NCBI RefSeq assembly: GCF_053078305.1 | Contig: NZ_CP166879.1 | DNA: 64,000 nucleotides | Strand: one strand, 5' to 3' | Part shown: one piece after another, positions 40,365-49,595 of the stretch | Position numbering within the stretch: the stretch's first letter is position 1 | Layout: each line of letters begins with the position of its first letter | The notes under the pieces: model-generated | Database searches by the model: none | What the model was told of the DNA's origin: nothing | What the model saw: only the letters and a program-made list of their open reading frames with translations | Translations under genes and position numbers: made by a program

Positions 40365-40991
40365 ATGACCAAACCGTATGTTCGTCTTGATAAAAATGAT
40401 GCTGCCGTTTTGCTTGTTGATCACCAGGCTGGTTTACTTTCCCTTGTACGGGATATCGAACCCGATAAGTTTAAAAATAACGTGCTGGCGCTGGGTGACC
40501 TGGCTAAGTATTTCAACTTACCAACTATTCTTACCACCAGTTTTGAAACCGGTCCTAACGGCCCATTAGTTCCAGAACTGAAAGCACAATTCCCCGATGC
40601 ACCTTACATTGCTCGCCCGGGCAATATTAATGCCTGGGATAACGAAGATTTTGTAAAAGCAGTCAAAGCGACAGGTAAAAAACAGTTAATTATTGCCGGT
40701 GTGGTAACCGAAGTTTGCGTGGCATTCCCGGCGCTTTCAGCCATTGAAGAGGGGTTTGATGTGTTTGTCGTGACTGACGCATCAGGGACCTTTAATGAAA
40801 TTACCCGGCATTCGGCGTGGGATCGCATGTCGCAAGCTGGTGCGCAATTGATGACATGGTTCGGCGTGGCTTGCGAGCTACACCGTGACTGGCGTAATGA
40901 TATTGAAGGACTGGCGACGTTGTTCTCTAACCACATTCCTGATTATCGTAATTTGATGACCAGTTATGACACGTTAACGAAGCAGAAATAA
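40365..40991 (+). CDS. ycaC: Isochorismatase-family hydrolase YcaC
   Basis: 208-aa ORF MTKPYVRLDKNDAAVLLVDHQAGLL... Confidence 0.93.
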   Translation: MTKPYVRLDKNDAAVLLVDHQAGLLSLVRDIEPDKFKNNVLALGDLAKYFNLPTILTTSFETGPNGPLVPELKAQFPDAPYIARPGNINAWDNEDFVKAVKATGKKQLIIAGVVTEVCVAFPALSAIEEGFDVFVVTDASGTFNEITRHSAWDRMSQAGAQLMTWFGVACELHRDWRNDIEGLATLFSNHIPDYRNLMTSYDTLTKQK

Positions 40992-40995
40992 AAGA

Positions 40996-41018
40996 GAACC
41001 GGGGCCGAAACCCCGGTT
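40996..41018. terminator. Bidirectional terminator between convergent ycaC and dmsC
   Basis: AACCGGGG-ccgaaa-CCCCGGTT perfect hairpin. Confidence 0.6.
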
Positions 41019-41026
41019 GTTACTGA

Positions 41027-41890
41027 TTAGCTTGCGACGGCCATCCCCACGGTCATATGCAAACCATAGAATACGCCGCGACCGATTAATTCCCCTGCCA
41101 GAAGCAGAATGAATGAGACGGATAGTAGCGGAACCGCAGGCTGATAACCTTTTAGCTGTGGTGCAATCCACAAGCACAGGGCAACGGCCAAAAGCACGAT
41201 CCGCCAGGACATCAGCGCACCATAGTCCGGCACCAGCGCTGCGGCCTGCTGCACAGAACTATGAATAGTCGCCAGCTCTGCGCCCTGCATCACTGACATC
41301 ACGCCACTCACTACCAGTGCAAGTACAGAAATGGCTGGCAGCAGACGCATCGCCCAGCCATCGACGCCAGCCAGACTCAGCAACAGGTAACCCAGTAACG
41401 GGCCGCCCATAAACATTGTCAGGAAGAAGCCCATCGGCGTCCAGATGCTGTACCAGGTCGGAACGGTATCAATGCTGTTATAGACACGCACCATCATCCA
41501 GACAAAGACTACGCCAAGAACCATCGTCACTACCAGCCACAGCGTACGCAATGCCGGTGACAGCTTTTTCAGCATTGCCAGCAACCAGCCGATGCCGCCT
41601 ACAGCAAAAAAGATCGAACCGCTGGCGATTTCGTTACTGAGTGCTGAAGCCCCTACCCGGTTGAGCGAGTTAAAGGCGCGCATCGGTGAACCAAGATGGA
41701 GCATAGAGGCGATAAAGCCAATGCCCATCAGCACCCATAAGCCAAACATGCAGGCGATAACACGCTGCTGGGTTTCTGCTCGCAGGTCGCCTTTGAGCAG
41801 CGCCAAAGCCAGAACGATAAAACCACCCGCCACACATTGCCCGAAGACCGTGAAGATCATCAGCGGCCATTCATGCCATCCACTTCCCAT
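41027..41890 (-). CDS. dmsC: DMSO reductase membrane anchor subunit
   Basis: 287 aa from MGSGWHEWPLMIFT; the ORF-track start is 21 codons longer. Confidence 0.93.
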   Translation of the reverse strand: MGSGWHEWPLMIFTVFGQCVAGGFIVLALALLKGDLRAETQQRVIACMFGLWVLMGIGFIASMLHLGSPMRAFNSLNRVGASALSNEIASGSIFFAVGGIGWLLAMLKKLSPALRTLWLVVTMVLGVVFVWMMVRVYNSIDTVPTWYSIWTPMGFFLTMFMGGPLLGYLLLSLAGVDGWAMRLLPAISVLALVVSGVMSVMQGAELATIHSSVQQAAALVPDYGALMSWRIVLLAVALCLWIAPQLKGYQPAVPLLSVSFILLLAGELIGRGVFYGLHMTVGMAVAS

Positions 41891-41891
41891 C

Positions 41892-42509
41892 TCACACCTC
41901 CTTCGGGTTTGCCAGATAGCCAGTGGTATCCCCGGTCGGGCGGCTATTGGCATTGGGTTTGATCACAATATTCGGTTTGGTAAAGTGAGCTCGCGGCAAC
42001 GGCGCAACGGCCGCCAGATCGCCATGTTTTTTACGCAGCTCGTCGATAGGGCCGAAATCCAGCGCCCGCAGCGGACAAGATTCAACACAGATCGGCTTTT
42101 TACCCTCCGCAACACGGTCATAACAACCATCGCATTTGGTCATATGGCCTTTCGTTTCGTTATATTGCGGTGCGCCATACGGGCAAGCCATATGGCAGTA
42201 GCGGCAACCAATGCACACATCTTCATCGACCACAACAAAACCATCTTCACGTTTATGCATCGCACCGCTCGGGCAGACTTTAGTACAAGCCGGATCTTCG
42301 CAGTGGTTGCACGAAATCGACAGATAGTAGGCAAACACGTTCTGGTGCCAGACACCGTTATCTTCCTGCCAGTCGCCACCAGCATATTCATAAATGCGGC
42401 GGAAGCTGACTTCTGGTGTCAAATCTTTGTAGTCTTTACAAGCCAGCTCGCAGGTTTTGCAACCGGTGCAACGGCTGGAATCAATAAAAAATCCATACTG
42501 GGTTGTCAT
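41892..42509 (-). CDS. dmsB: DMSO reductase iron-sulfur subunit (4x [4Fe-4S] ferredoxin)
   Basis: 205-aa ORF with four CxxCxxC...CP clusters. Confidence 0.97.
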   Translation of the reverse strand: MTTQYGFFIDSSRCTGCKTCELACKDYKDLTPEVSFRRIYEYAGGDWQEDNGVWHQNVFAYYLSISCNHCEDPACTKVCPSGAMHKREDGFVVVDEDVCIGCRYCHMACPYGAPQYNETKGHMTKCDGCYDRVAEGKKPICVESCPLRALDFGPIDELRKKHGDLAAVAPLPRAHFTKPNIVIKPNANSRPTGDTTGYLANPKEV

Positions 42510-42519
42510 CGGTTACTCC

Positions 42520-44964
42520 TTACACCTTTTCAACCTGAACAAGGTTTGTATGTGACGGATTCCCCTTAGCGAGAGGAGACGGACGTTGAGTGGTCAGTAC
42601 GTTAATACAACCACCCTTATCGACACGTTTTGCATCCGGGTCATACCAGGCACCTTCACCCAGTGCGACCACACCCGGCATCATTCGTGGCGTCACTTTC
42701 GCCTCAATATGAACCTCACCACGATCGTTAAAGATCCTGACTTTATCGCCGTTGTGGATACCGCGTTTTTGGGCATCAAGCGGGTTGATCCACATTTCCT
42801 GACGGCAAGCCGCTTTCAGCACATCAACGTTGCCGTAAGTTGAGTGAACGCGAGATTTATAGTGGAAACCCGTAAGCTGCAGCGGATACTGTTTGTTCAG
42901 CGGATCCTGATAACTTTCAAAGCCCGGCGTGTAGATCGGCAGTGGATCGATCACATCGCCTTCTGGCAATTCCCAGGTAGCGGCAATGTCAGCCAGCGCC
43001 TGCGAATAAATCTCAATTTTGCCCGATGGCGTAGTCAGTGGGTTTGCCTGCGGATCTTCACGGAAGGCTTTATAAGCAACGTGATGCCCTTGTGGGTCGC
43101 GCTTTTTAAAGATCCCCTGCTTGCGGAACTCTTCAAACGTTGGCAGTTCAGGAATCGCTTCCCGCGACTGGGCATACAGATGCCGCATCCACTCTTCCTG
43201 TGTACGACCTTCAGTAAACTGTTGCTCAACGCCAAGACGTTTTGCCAGTTCGCTGGTCATCTCATAGATGGTCTTACATTCAAAGCGCGGTTTAATCACC
43301 TGATCGTTGAAAATCACGTAAGACATATTCCCGCAGGATGCATCCAGCGCAAAGTCCATCTGTTCGGAAGCGGTGCAGTCAGGCAGCAGGATGTCAGCAT
43401 ATTTCGCCGATGAAGTCATGTGGCAGTCGATAACCACAATCAGCTCGCACTTCTTATCATCCTGGAGGATTTCATGGGTACGGTTGATTTCAGAATGCTG
43501 GTTAATCAGGCAGTTACCGGCATAGTTCCAGATCATTTTGATCGGCACATCCAGCTTATCTTTCCCGCGCACACCATCACGCAGCGCCGTCATTTCCGGG
43601 CCACGTTCAATGGCATCGGTCCACATAAACATCGAAATGCTGGTCTGGATCGGGTTTTCCAAGGTCGGCATACGGACAAACGGTAAGCTGTATGAACCTT
43701 CACGCGCGCCGCTGTTCCCTCCATTAATACCAACGTTACCGGTCAGAATCGCCAGCATCGAGATAGCGCGAGTCGCGATTTCGCCGTTGGCGTGGCGCTG
43801 CGGCCCCCATCCCTGGCTGATAAACGCCGGTTTGGTACTGCCGATTTCACGAGCCAGTTTGATGATTTTGTCTGCCGGAACACCGGTGATTTGCGAGGCC
43901 CATTCCGGTGTTTTAGCCACGCCATCTGGCCCTTCACCCAGAATATAAGCTTTATAGTGGCCATTTTTCGGCGCACTGGCTGGCAGGGTTTTCTCGTCAT
44001 AGCCAACGCAATATTTATCGAGGAATGCCTGATCCACCAGGTTTTCGGTGATCATGACATACGCCAGACCGTTAACCAGTGCGGCATCTGTTCCTGGACG
44101 AATAGGGATCCACTCATCTTCGCGCCCGGCACCGGTGTCGGTATAGCGCGGATCGATGATGATCATGCGGGCATTAGATTTCTGGCGTGCCTGTTCAAGA
44201 TAGTAAGTCACCCCACCGCCACTCATTCGCGTTTCGCCAGGGTTATTACCAAACAGCACTACCAGCTTACTGTTTTCGATATCCGACGGGCTGTTGCCAT
44301 CTGCCCAGCCGCCGTAGGTATAGTTCAGACCTTCCGCAATTTGCGCGGAAGAGTAGTCACCGTAATGGTTCAGATAACCGCCGCAGCAGTTCATCAGCCG
44401 CGCGACCAGGGTATTTCCCGGCGGCCAGGAGCGGGTCATGGTGCCACCCAGCGTACCGGTGCCATAGTTAAGATAGATGGATTCGTTGCCGTACTCTTTG
44501 ATCAGGCGCTGCATATTGGTCGCGATGATGTCGTAGGCTTCTTCCCAGCTAATGCGCTCGAATTTGCCTTCACCGCGCGCCCCGACTCGTTTCATCGGAT
44601 ATTTCAGGCGGTCCGGATTATAGACACGGCGACGCATGGAACGCCCACGCAAACAGGCGCGAACCTGGTGCAGGCCGTCGTAATTGTCATCGCCGGTATT
44701 GTCCGTTTCGACATATTTGATTTCACCGTCCACGACGTGCATACGTAGCGGGCAGCGACTACCACAGTTAACTGTACAGGCGCTCCAGATAACCTTTTCG
44801 TCTGATTTTGTTGGAATGGCGCTATCGACAGCGTGCGCAATCCGACTAAAAGGTAATGTTAATGCGCTGCTGGCCATTGCCAGGCCGCCGATCGCTGTCG
44901 TTTTTACCAAACCACGGCGACTCACCTCAGCAGCCAATACCGCATCAGGGATTTTCGTTTTCAT
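42520..44964 (-). CDS. dmsA: DMSO reductase catalytic subunit (molybdopterin, Tat-exported)
   Basis: 814-aa ORF; twin-arginine signal (EVSRRGLVKT); molybdopterin oxidoreductase family. Confidence 0.97.
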   Translation of the reverse strand: MKTKIPDAVLAAEVSRRGLVKTTAIGGLAMASSALTLPFSRIAHAVDSAIPTKSDEKVIWSACTVNCGSRCPLRMHVVDGEIKYVETDNTGDDNYDGLHQVRACLRGRSMRRRVYNPDRLKYPMKRVGARGEGKFERISWEEAYDIIATNMQRLIKEYGNESIYLNYGTGTLGGTMTRSWPPGNTLVARLMNCCGGYLNHYGDYSSAQIAEGLNYTYGGWADGNSPSDIENSKLVVLFGNNPGETRMSGGGVTYYLEQARQKSNARMIIIDPRYTDTGAGREDEWIPIRPGTDAALVNGLAYVMITENLVDQAFLDKYCVGYDEKTLPASAPKNGHYKAYILGEGPDGVAKTPEWASQITGVPADKIIKLAREIGSTKPAFISQGWGPQRHANGEIATRAISMLAILTGNVGINGGNSGAREGSYSLPFVRMPTLENPIQTSISMFMWTDAIERGPEMTALRDGVRGKDKLDVPIKMIWNYAGNCLINQHSEINRTHEILQDDKKCELIVVIDCHMTSSAKYADILLPDCTASEQMDFALDASCGNMSYVIFNDQVIKPRFECKTIYEMTSELAKRLGVEQQFTEGRTQEEWMRHLYAQSREAIPELPTFEEFRKQGIFKKRDPQGHHVAYKAFREDPQANPLTTPSGKIEIYSQALADIAATWELPEGDVIDPLPIYTPGFESYQDPLNKQYPLQLTGFHYKSRVHSTYGNVDVLKAACRQEMWINPLDAQKRGIHNGDKVRIFNDRGEVHIEAKVTPRMMPGVVALGEGAWYDPDAKRVDKGGCINVLTTQRPSPLAKGNPSHTNLVQVEKV

Positions 44965-45134
44965 AATGGCTCACTCAAGCTTGCTCACGATTGATTCCAG
45001 TAACAAACCGTATTGTGTAATTATTTCTATAGCAGATCGCTATATAGGCTTGTATACATCGAATAATTTGAAAATCAAAGAGATAGGTAGATTTTCACTC
45101 GAAAGTAGTATTACGTGTAAGTGAGGAGTAATTA

Positions 45135-45148
45135 TTGTTCGGTATCAA
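45135..45148 (-). promoter_or_regulatory. FNR binding site of the dmsA promoter (TTGAT-accg-AACAA on the dmsA strand)
   Basis: Consensus FNR dyad ~175 bp upstream of the dmsA start codon; dmsABC is a classic FNR-activated operon. Confidence 0.7.
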
Positions 45149-45191
45149 AGGGAGACAAAAAAAGCGCCCGCAGGAGGTTTAACGCTACTTA

Positions 45192-45253
45192 CTCCCCTTG
45201 ATGATTTGCTTATTTTTCAATGAGTAAATCAAAACAAGGGGAGCAAATAAGCA
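45192..45253. repeat. Interleaved inverted repeats immediately 3' of int: candidate prophage attL core / Int binding region
   Basis: CTCCCCTTG (45192-45200) and TGCTTATTT (45207-45215) are each repeated in inverted form as CAAGGGGAG (45235-45243) and AAATAAGCA (45245-45253). Confidence 0.4.
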
Positions 45254-45263
45254 CAAGTTACAA

Positions 45264-46256
45264 CTAATCGATGGACAGTTTATGGACACTTTCAGCCAGC
45301 GGATTAAAGCTGATTGCATCCTGTAAAAAGTCCGGCGAAAAATGCGCATACGTCATCGTTTGTTGAATCGTGGCATGGCCCAGGATTCGTTGTAGCGTAA
45401 CGATATTTCCGCCATTCATCATGAAATGTGTAGCGAATGTATGACGCATGACATGGGTGGCCTGCCCTTTCGGTAAGTCCGGCTTCACCTCCTGAAGGAT
45501 CTCCCGAAATCTGAGGTAATCAGCCTGGTACAACAATCCGGTTCTGCGGGTTTTAATTAACGCAAGTACCGCATCAGAAACGGGAACGGCGCGAGATTTT
45601 CCGTTCTTGGTGTTAAAGAACATCACGCGGTTACCTACAATATGTTCCCCACGTAAACCAGCTGCTTCACCCCACCTTGCCCCCGTGGAAAGACACAGAA
45701 TGGCAACACGCCGCGCATCTCCATCGAGTCGTTCAAGCAGTCGTTCAATCTCCTCATCTGAAAGAAAGGCCATCTCTGTGTTCCTGACTTTCAGCTTACG
45801 TATTCCCCGAACCGGGTTTTCGTTATGGAACACCTCACCCTCAATCAGCGAGCTGAACATTGCAGACAAGGCACACAAATCGCGGTTAATGCTGGAAGGC
45901 ATTAACCCGGCCTGTAATTTGTCGGACCGGTACCCGAGCATAAATTTTCGCGTCATCTGACTGGCACGAGGATCACCCATCTCACGGTTTATCTTTTCCA
46001 GTCTGACCCTGTAGGTATCCCCGTAATCCTGGTTACGACCATCAAGCAACCACCAGGCCTCTATCAGTTCGGATAACCGACGCTGATCTGCTGGCTTAGC
46101 CTGCCATGGCTTATCATGAAAATTCTGCAAAACATACCTTTCAAACTCCTGCGCCTTTGACTTCAGGGTAAAAATCTTACGAATCCGCTTTCCTTCCGTC
46201 CCTTGTGGCCTTACATCAACCTTATAACGTCCGTCTTTGAGTTGCTTAATCGACAT
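45264..46256 (-). CDS. int: P2-type tyrosine integrase
   Basis: 330 aa from MSIKQLKDGRYKVDVRP; strong similarity to remembered P2 Int (LSTGARWGEAA, HxxRHTFATHF, ILGHATIQQTMTYAHF); ATG with GGAGGGG Shine-Dalgarno. Confidence 0.9.
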   Translation of the reverse strand: MSIKQLKDGRYKVDVRPQGTEGKRIRKIFTLKSKAQEFERYVLQNFHDKPWQAKPADQRRLSELIEAWWLLDGRNQDYGDTYRVRLEKINREMGDPRASQMTRKFMLGYRSDKLQAGLMPSSINRDLCALSAMFSSLIEGEVFHNENPVRGIRKLKVRNTEMAFLSDEEIERLLERLDGDARRVAILCLSTGARWGEAAGLRGEHIVGNRVMFFNTKNGKSRAVPVSDAVLALIKTRRTGLLYQADYLRFREILQEVKPDLPKGQATHVMRHTFATHFMMNGGNIVTLQRILGHATIQQTMTYAHFSPDFLQDAISFNPLAESVHKLSID

Positions 46257-46325
46257 GATTAGCCCCTCCAACGGATAAATTAACCAAACACTCCCTGCGG
46301 GATGAAACCCGCTCGATGTGTAACG

Positions 46326-46673
46326 TCAGCCAGCATTGCGGCCTGATCGGGATGATTTTTGGGTAACGTCGATTGAAGCCAGATCGCCCTCCGACTGAGA
46401 AGATCCATCAAGAGAGAGAGCCGGGGCAATTTGACCCCCAGCTTCAAACGTTTCATCAGTTGTTAACCAAAGTGCATATTTTTTAAAACGTAAATTTTTT
46501 GTGATCTTTAATAAGATCTCACTTCCGATTCCATCTTGCCTTCCCGTTTCGTAATACCTCTGCGTATTAACAGGAATCCCTGTAAGCTCAAAGAATTGCT
46601 TCCTTGTAAGCCTCTCACTTTTCCGGATCATCAAGATTTTTTCACCGATACTTATTGACAGTGTCGAATTCAT
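46326..46673 (-). CDS. P2 C-type immunity repressor (HTH)
   Basis: 115 aa from MNSTLSISIGEKILMIRKSERLTRKQ; resembles remembered P2 C (EKIVLMRKSEYLSRQQLADLTG, GQIAPAL); upstream of int on the same strand. Confidence 0.8.
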   Translation of the reverse strand: MNSTLSISIGEKILMIRKSERLTRKQFFELTGIPVNTQRYYETGRQDGIGSEILLKITKNLRFKKYALWLTTDETFEAGGQIAPALSLDGSSQSEGDLASIDVTQKSSRSGRNAG

Positions 46674-46774
46674 ACCACTAAAATCCTCGCAAAAGTGTCG
46701 TAATTTCGACATTAAACAAACCAAAACAAACCTTCATAAGGTGCAATAGGCGCACCTGTGCGAGAGGATAACAA

Positions 46775-47299
46775 ATGCGGGACTTCATTGCCGATAAAGA
46801 GTTATCTGACACCGATCACACAACTGGAGCGGCGTACATCAACGCCGATACCAGTCAACAAGAAGCAACAGATAACAACGACGAACAAAAGCCACAGCGC
46901 ACATATAAAAAAGGGGCAACCCTGCGGCTGGATGGCCCAATAGCCGGGCTTTGCTCACTTGAAAAAGGGGCCGCCTACATCGGATTAACAAAAACAGCAT
47001 TACGCGCAGCTCTCCAGCGTAACCAGATGCCAGGGCATAAAACCCGCTCAAACCCTGAAGATGAGAATTCGGATGGTGTTTGGTGGTTTAACGTCAGAGA
47101 GTGGGACAAGCTGGCCGACGAACTCCCGGAATGTGAGCCACCAGAATGGCACAACTGGAAAAGCTACTGGACATACGACCGCCAGAAAAGAAAGTTTACC
47201 CCGGCTGATAAGGAAGATTGCCAGACCGTCAATGGAAAACGGGTTTACAAAGGCAGAAAGTCAAAGCTGGAACAGAGCCAGGATGTAAACGAACGGTGA
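46775..47299 (+). CDS. Cox-like excisionase/early regulator with N- and C-terminal extensions; start uncertain
   Basis: The central segment ATLRLDGPI...AAYIGLTKTALRAAL...DGVWWFNVREWD aligns by eye with P2 Cox; first gene of the rightward early operon, divergent from C. Confidence 0.55.
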   Translation: MRDFIADKELSDTDHTTGAAYINADTSQQEATDNNDEQKPQRTYKKGATLRLDGPIAGLCSLEKGAAYIGLTKTALRAALQRNQMPGHKTRSNPEDENSDGVWWFNVREWDKLADELPECEPPEWHNWKSYWTYDRQKRKFTPADKEDCQTVNGKRVYKGRKSKLEQSQDVNER

Positions 47300-47305
47300 T
47301 GAACG

Positions 47306-47701
47306 ATGAGCGGCAAAAATAAGTCAGAAAAAAACACAACCGTCCTTAAGCAGTTAAGCCTCCTGAAAGAGGAACACAAGGACGCCACGATACTGATGCA
47401 TCTGGAAGGCTCACCGAAAATAACAATCACAACAACCTATAGCGAGTTACACAAAGAGCTTGAAGGATTAATTAACTTTTGTTCAAAGCTAAAAGCGAAT
47501 GAAAACATTGATGACCTGATACTTAAACCAGAAGCAGAGTTCGGGCACTTTTGCGAAAGTAGAGAAAATGGATGCATCGGAATAATGCTATACGCAACCC
47601 GCGGAATAATGATTAATCTGCCCGTTGAGCAGGCTGTGGATATATTCGGAGAAATGGCACTTAATAAAACCACTATTTACAAAAGAAAAATGCCGGAGTA
47701 A
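47306..47701 (+). CDS. Hypothetical phage early protein (lower-GC moron candidate)
   Basis: 131-aa ORF starting 7 nt after the cox-like stop; GC ~40% by hand count against ~55-60% in the rest of the prophage. Confidence 0.5.
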   Translation: MSGKNKSEKNTTVLKQLSLLKEEHKDATILMHLEGSPKITITTTYSELHKELEGLINFCSKLKANENIDDLILKPEAEFGHFCESRENGCIGIMLYATRGIMINLPVEQAVDIFGEMALNKTTIYKRKMPE

Positions 47702-47714
47702 CCCGGCATGGTTA

Positions 47715-47909
47715 TTAGTATGTTGGTCCCTTAGAAAAGTTCCAGGAACTCTTGCGAGGGTATTTATGAAGTACTTTTTCGCGGACATCGTTAGCCAGAT
47801 CTCTGATTTGATCGTGCTTATCATCAGAAGACGGAGGAACTTCGGGGATTTTATCCACGATTTCAATTACTGATTTAAGCATTTTTATTAATTCATCGTC
47901 GTAAGACAT
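47715..47909 (-). CDS. Hypothetical small protein, reverse-oriented inside the early operon
   Basis: 64 aa from MSYDDELIKMLKS with a perfect AGGAG Shine-Dalgarno 6 nt upstream; convergent with the 47306 gene; lower GC. Confidence 0.5.
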   Translation of the reverse strand: MSYDDELIKMLKSVIEIVDKIPEVPPSSDDKHDQIRDLANDVREKVLHKYPRKSSWNFSKGPTY

Positions 47910-48016
47910 TGTTATCTCCTTTTTCTGGTTGTGTGGAAACACCAGAATACCACGCGCCGGGCGTGGTTAAACATCCCGGCACTGATTTTCATTTAACTTA
48001 AACGGGGTTTTCCGAT

Positions 48017-48355
48017 ATGACACAGCGACGCAGCTTCCGCACTGGCGCAGAACGCCACGCAGCCCGTTTCTCAACCAGCGCATCACGCAGCAACTCGCAC
48101 TACAGCCTGCAGGAAACGCACGCCACACCTGACGGGCATCCGGTTAAACAAACCGGTAAACACACCTGGCTGATTAATGATGCCGGAATTGTCATTCACC
48201 GGGGCGCACGCAACCCGATTACCGGAAATACCTGTTACTCCCTGACTCGCGGAGATGAGCAGTTCGGGCAGGATTTCACCCTGCACGAAGCATTAAGAAC
48301 GGCAGACCGGTTAATCAGCGGTCGCAGTTTTCAGCACCCGGAACATCGCCGCTGA
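48017..48355 (+). CDS. Hypothetical phage early protein
   Basis: 112-aa ORF in the early operon; no recognisable motif. Confidence 0.45.
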   Translation: MTQRRSFRTGAERHAARFSTSASRSNSHYSLQETHATPDGHPVKQTGKHTWLINDAGIVIHRGARNPITGNTCYSLTRGDEQFGQDFTLHEALRTADRLISGRSFQHPEHRR

Positions 48356-48374
48356 TAAATAAAAGGATTCAGCC

Positions 48375-48617
48375 ATGATCGAAGCCTACAAAATACTTAT
48401 TAATAATGCGTTGCAGCGTTATCACTTCGAACTCGCAAACCGGGGGGTAACCCGGGACGAAGGACTTCGTAACTCACTGCGGGGCGCAATTATGGGACTG
48501 TATAACTGCGCACTGGGCAGCGATGACCGCGAAGCACTGGAAGAATTAAAAGTTATTGTGGCCGAACTGTTTGAAGGTGAAATCGTTGAGCCTTATTTCA
48601 CAGAGGTGGCAGCATGA
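48375..48617 (+). CDS. Hypothetical phage early protein
   Basis: 80-aa ORF with AAGGAT Shine-Dalgarno; stop overlaps the next start (ATGA). Confidence 0.5.
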   Translation: MIEAYKILINNALQRYHFELANRGVTRDEGLRNSLRGAIMGLYNCALGSDDREALEELKVIVAELFEGEIVEPYFTEVAA

Positions 48618-48739
48618 GCGTATTTCTTTCATGGGTGATTCTGATTATTTCCGTGCTTATGGCGATTGGCATTATGCGAATTATCGAAGCGCTGAAAAAT
48701 ATCGAATCTTTATTTACTGGCGAAGAACGCCGTAAATAA
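48614..48739 (+). CDS. Small hydrophobic (single-TM) peptide, translationally coupled
   Basis: 41 codons MSVFLSWVILIISVLMAIGIMRIIEALKNIESLFTGEERRK; absent from the ORF track (<60 aa); ATGA overlap with the upstream gene. Confidence 0.4.
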   Translation: MSVFLSWVILIISVLMAIGIMRIIEALKNIESLFTGEERRK

Positions 48740-48818
48740 ATAACCAACCGGACAGAAAACATTAAAACCATCCGCATCTGCGGAGGGCTTCACTCAATCC
48801 AGAAACGGAGAAACAGCT

Positions 48819-49097
48819 ATGAGCACCAATACACCTACAGAAATAAACAAACTATTTACCGACCCGGCGCATATTGAATTGACGCAAAAAACGCTGACTG
48901 AAATAACCAATGTACTGGATGAAAGAATATCAGAAATAGATAAAGACAAGCATTTTGCTACTTACATGGCCCTGCAAATGCAAAGCATGGCAATGGTGAC
49001 AGCAAAACAGACCATCAGTGAACTCTATATGAAAAACCTGCGCCTTGAGCACGAACTGGCAGAACTCCGGGCACAGTCCGGCCAGTTTTCAGCGTGA
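48819..49097 (+). CDS. Hypothetical phage early protein
   Basis: 92-aa ORF with ACGGAG Shine-Dalgarno; helical C-terminus. Confidence 0.5.
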   Translation: MSTNTPTEINKLFTDPAHIELTQKTLTEITNVLDERISEIDKDKHFATYMALQMQSMAMVTAKQTISELYMKNLRLEHELAELRAQSGQFSA

Positions 49098-49108
49098 GGG
49101 GCAGGACG

Positions 49109-49360
49109 ATGAACAGCATATTTACCGCCACAAGACGAACCCTGCTGACGCATTTCACCGATGCCGCGGGCCGCGAATTCATGGTGGAAAGTTATTTAAT
49201 CACAACGACCACGCCGTGCCCGTCAGACGCTGATTATCTCTACATCCATCTGGCTGACGGAACACAAATCACCGCGATTGCCAGTACCGTTCGCGAAGTA
49301 ATGACCATCAGAGGGGCATGGAAATCAGAAACACAAGCCCACGGAGAGCTGCGGCCATGA
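49109..49360 (+). CDS. Hypothetical phage early protein
   Basis: 83 aa from MNSIFTATRR with GAGGGG Shine-Dalgarno; stop overlaps the next start. Confidence 0.5.
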   Translation: MNSIFTATRRTLLTHFTDAAGREFMVESYLITTTTPCPSDADYLYIHLADGTQITAIASTVREVMTIRGAWKSETQAHGELRP

Positions 49361-49569
49361 TCAGCAAGTACACCACCAACGCACGTAAACCCGGTAAAGA
49401 CGCACGCCACCACATCGCCGTACTCCGCAATCTGTTACTGGAGGAAATCGACGACTTCACGGCGACGCTGAGCGGTCCGGGCGCACCAGTAACACCAGGT
49501 GAGATCCACCGGGACCTTAAACGCCGTATTGAAAACGCCATTGATTACACCCTGAACCCGACCGAATAA
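49357..49569 (+). CDS. Hypothetical phage early protein
   Basis: 70 aa from MISKYTTNARKPGK; ATGA coupling to the upstream gene. Confidence 0.45.
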   Translation: MISKYTTNARKPGKDARHHIAVLRNLLLEEIDDFTATLSGPGAPVTPGEIHRDLKRRIENAIDYTLNPTE

Positions 49570-49595
49570 CCGGAACAGTAACGGAGGTTATCGCG

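Noticed and set aside
44965-45263. tRNA gene as the prophage integration target
   Set aside because: No cloverleaf-compatible sequence or conserved tRNA motifs seen next to int; the junction instead carries the dmsA FNR promoter and short inverted repeats
46674-46724. ORF-track N-terminal extensions of the repressor, integrase, gpO, gpA and others
   Set aside because: The track opens frames at TTG/GTG codons; in each case an internal ATG with a good Shine-Dalgarno and agreement with the homologue N-terminus gives the better start
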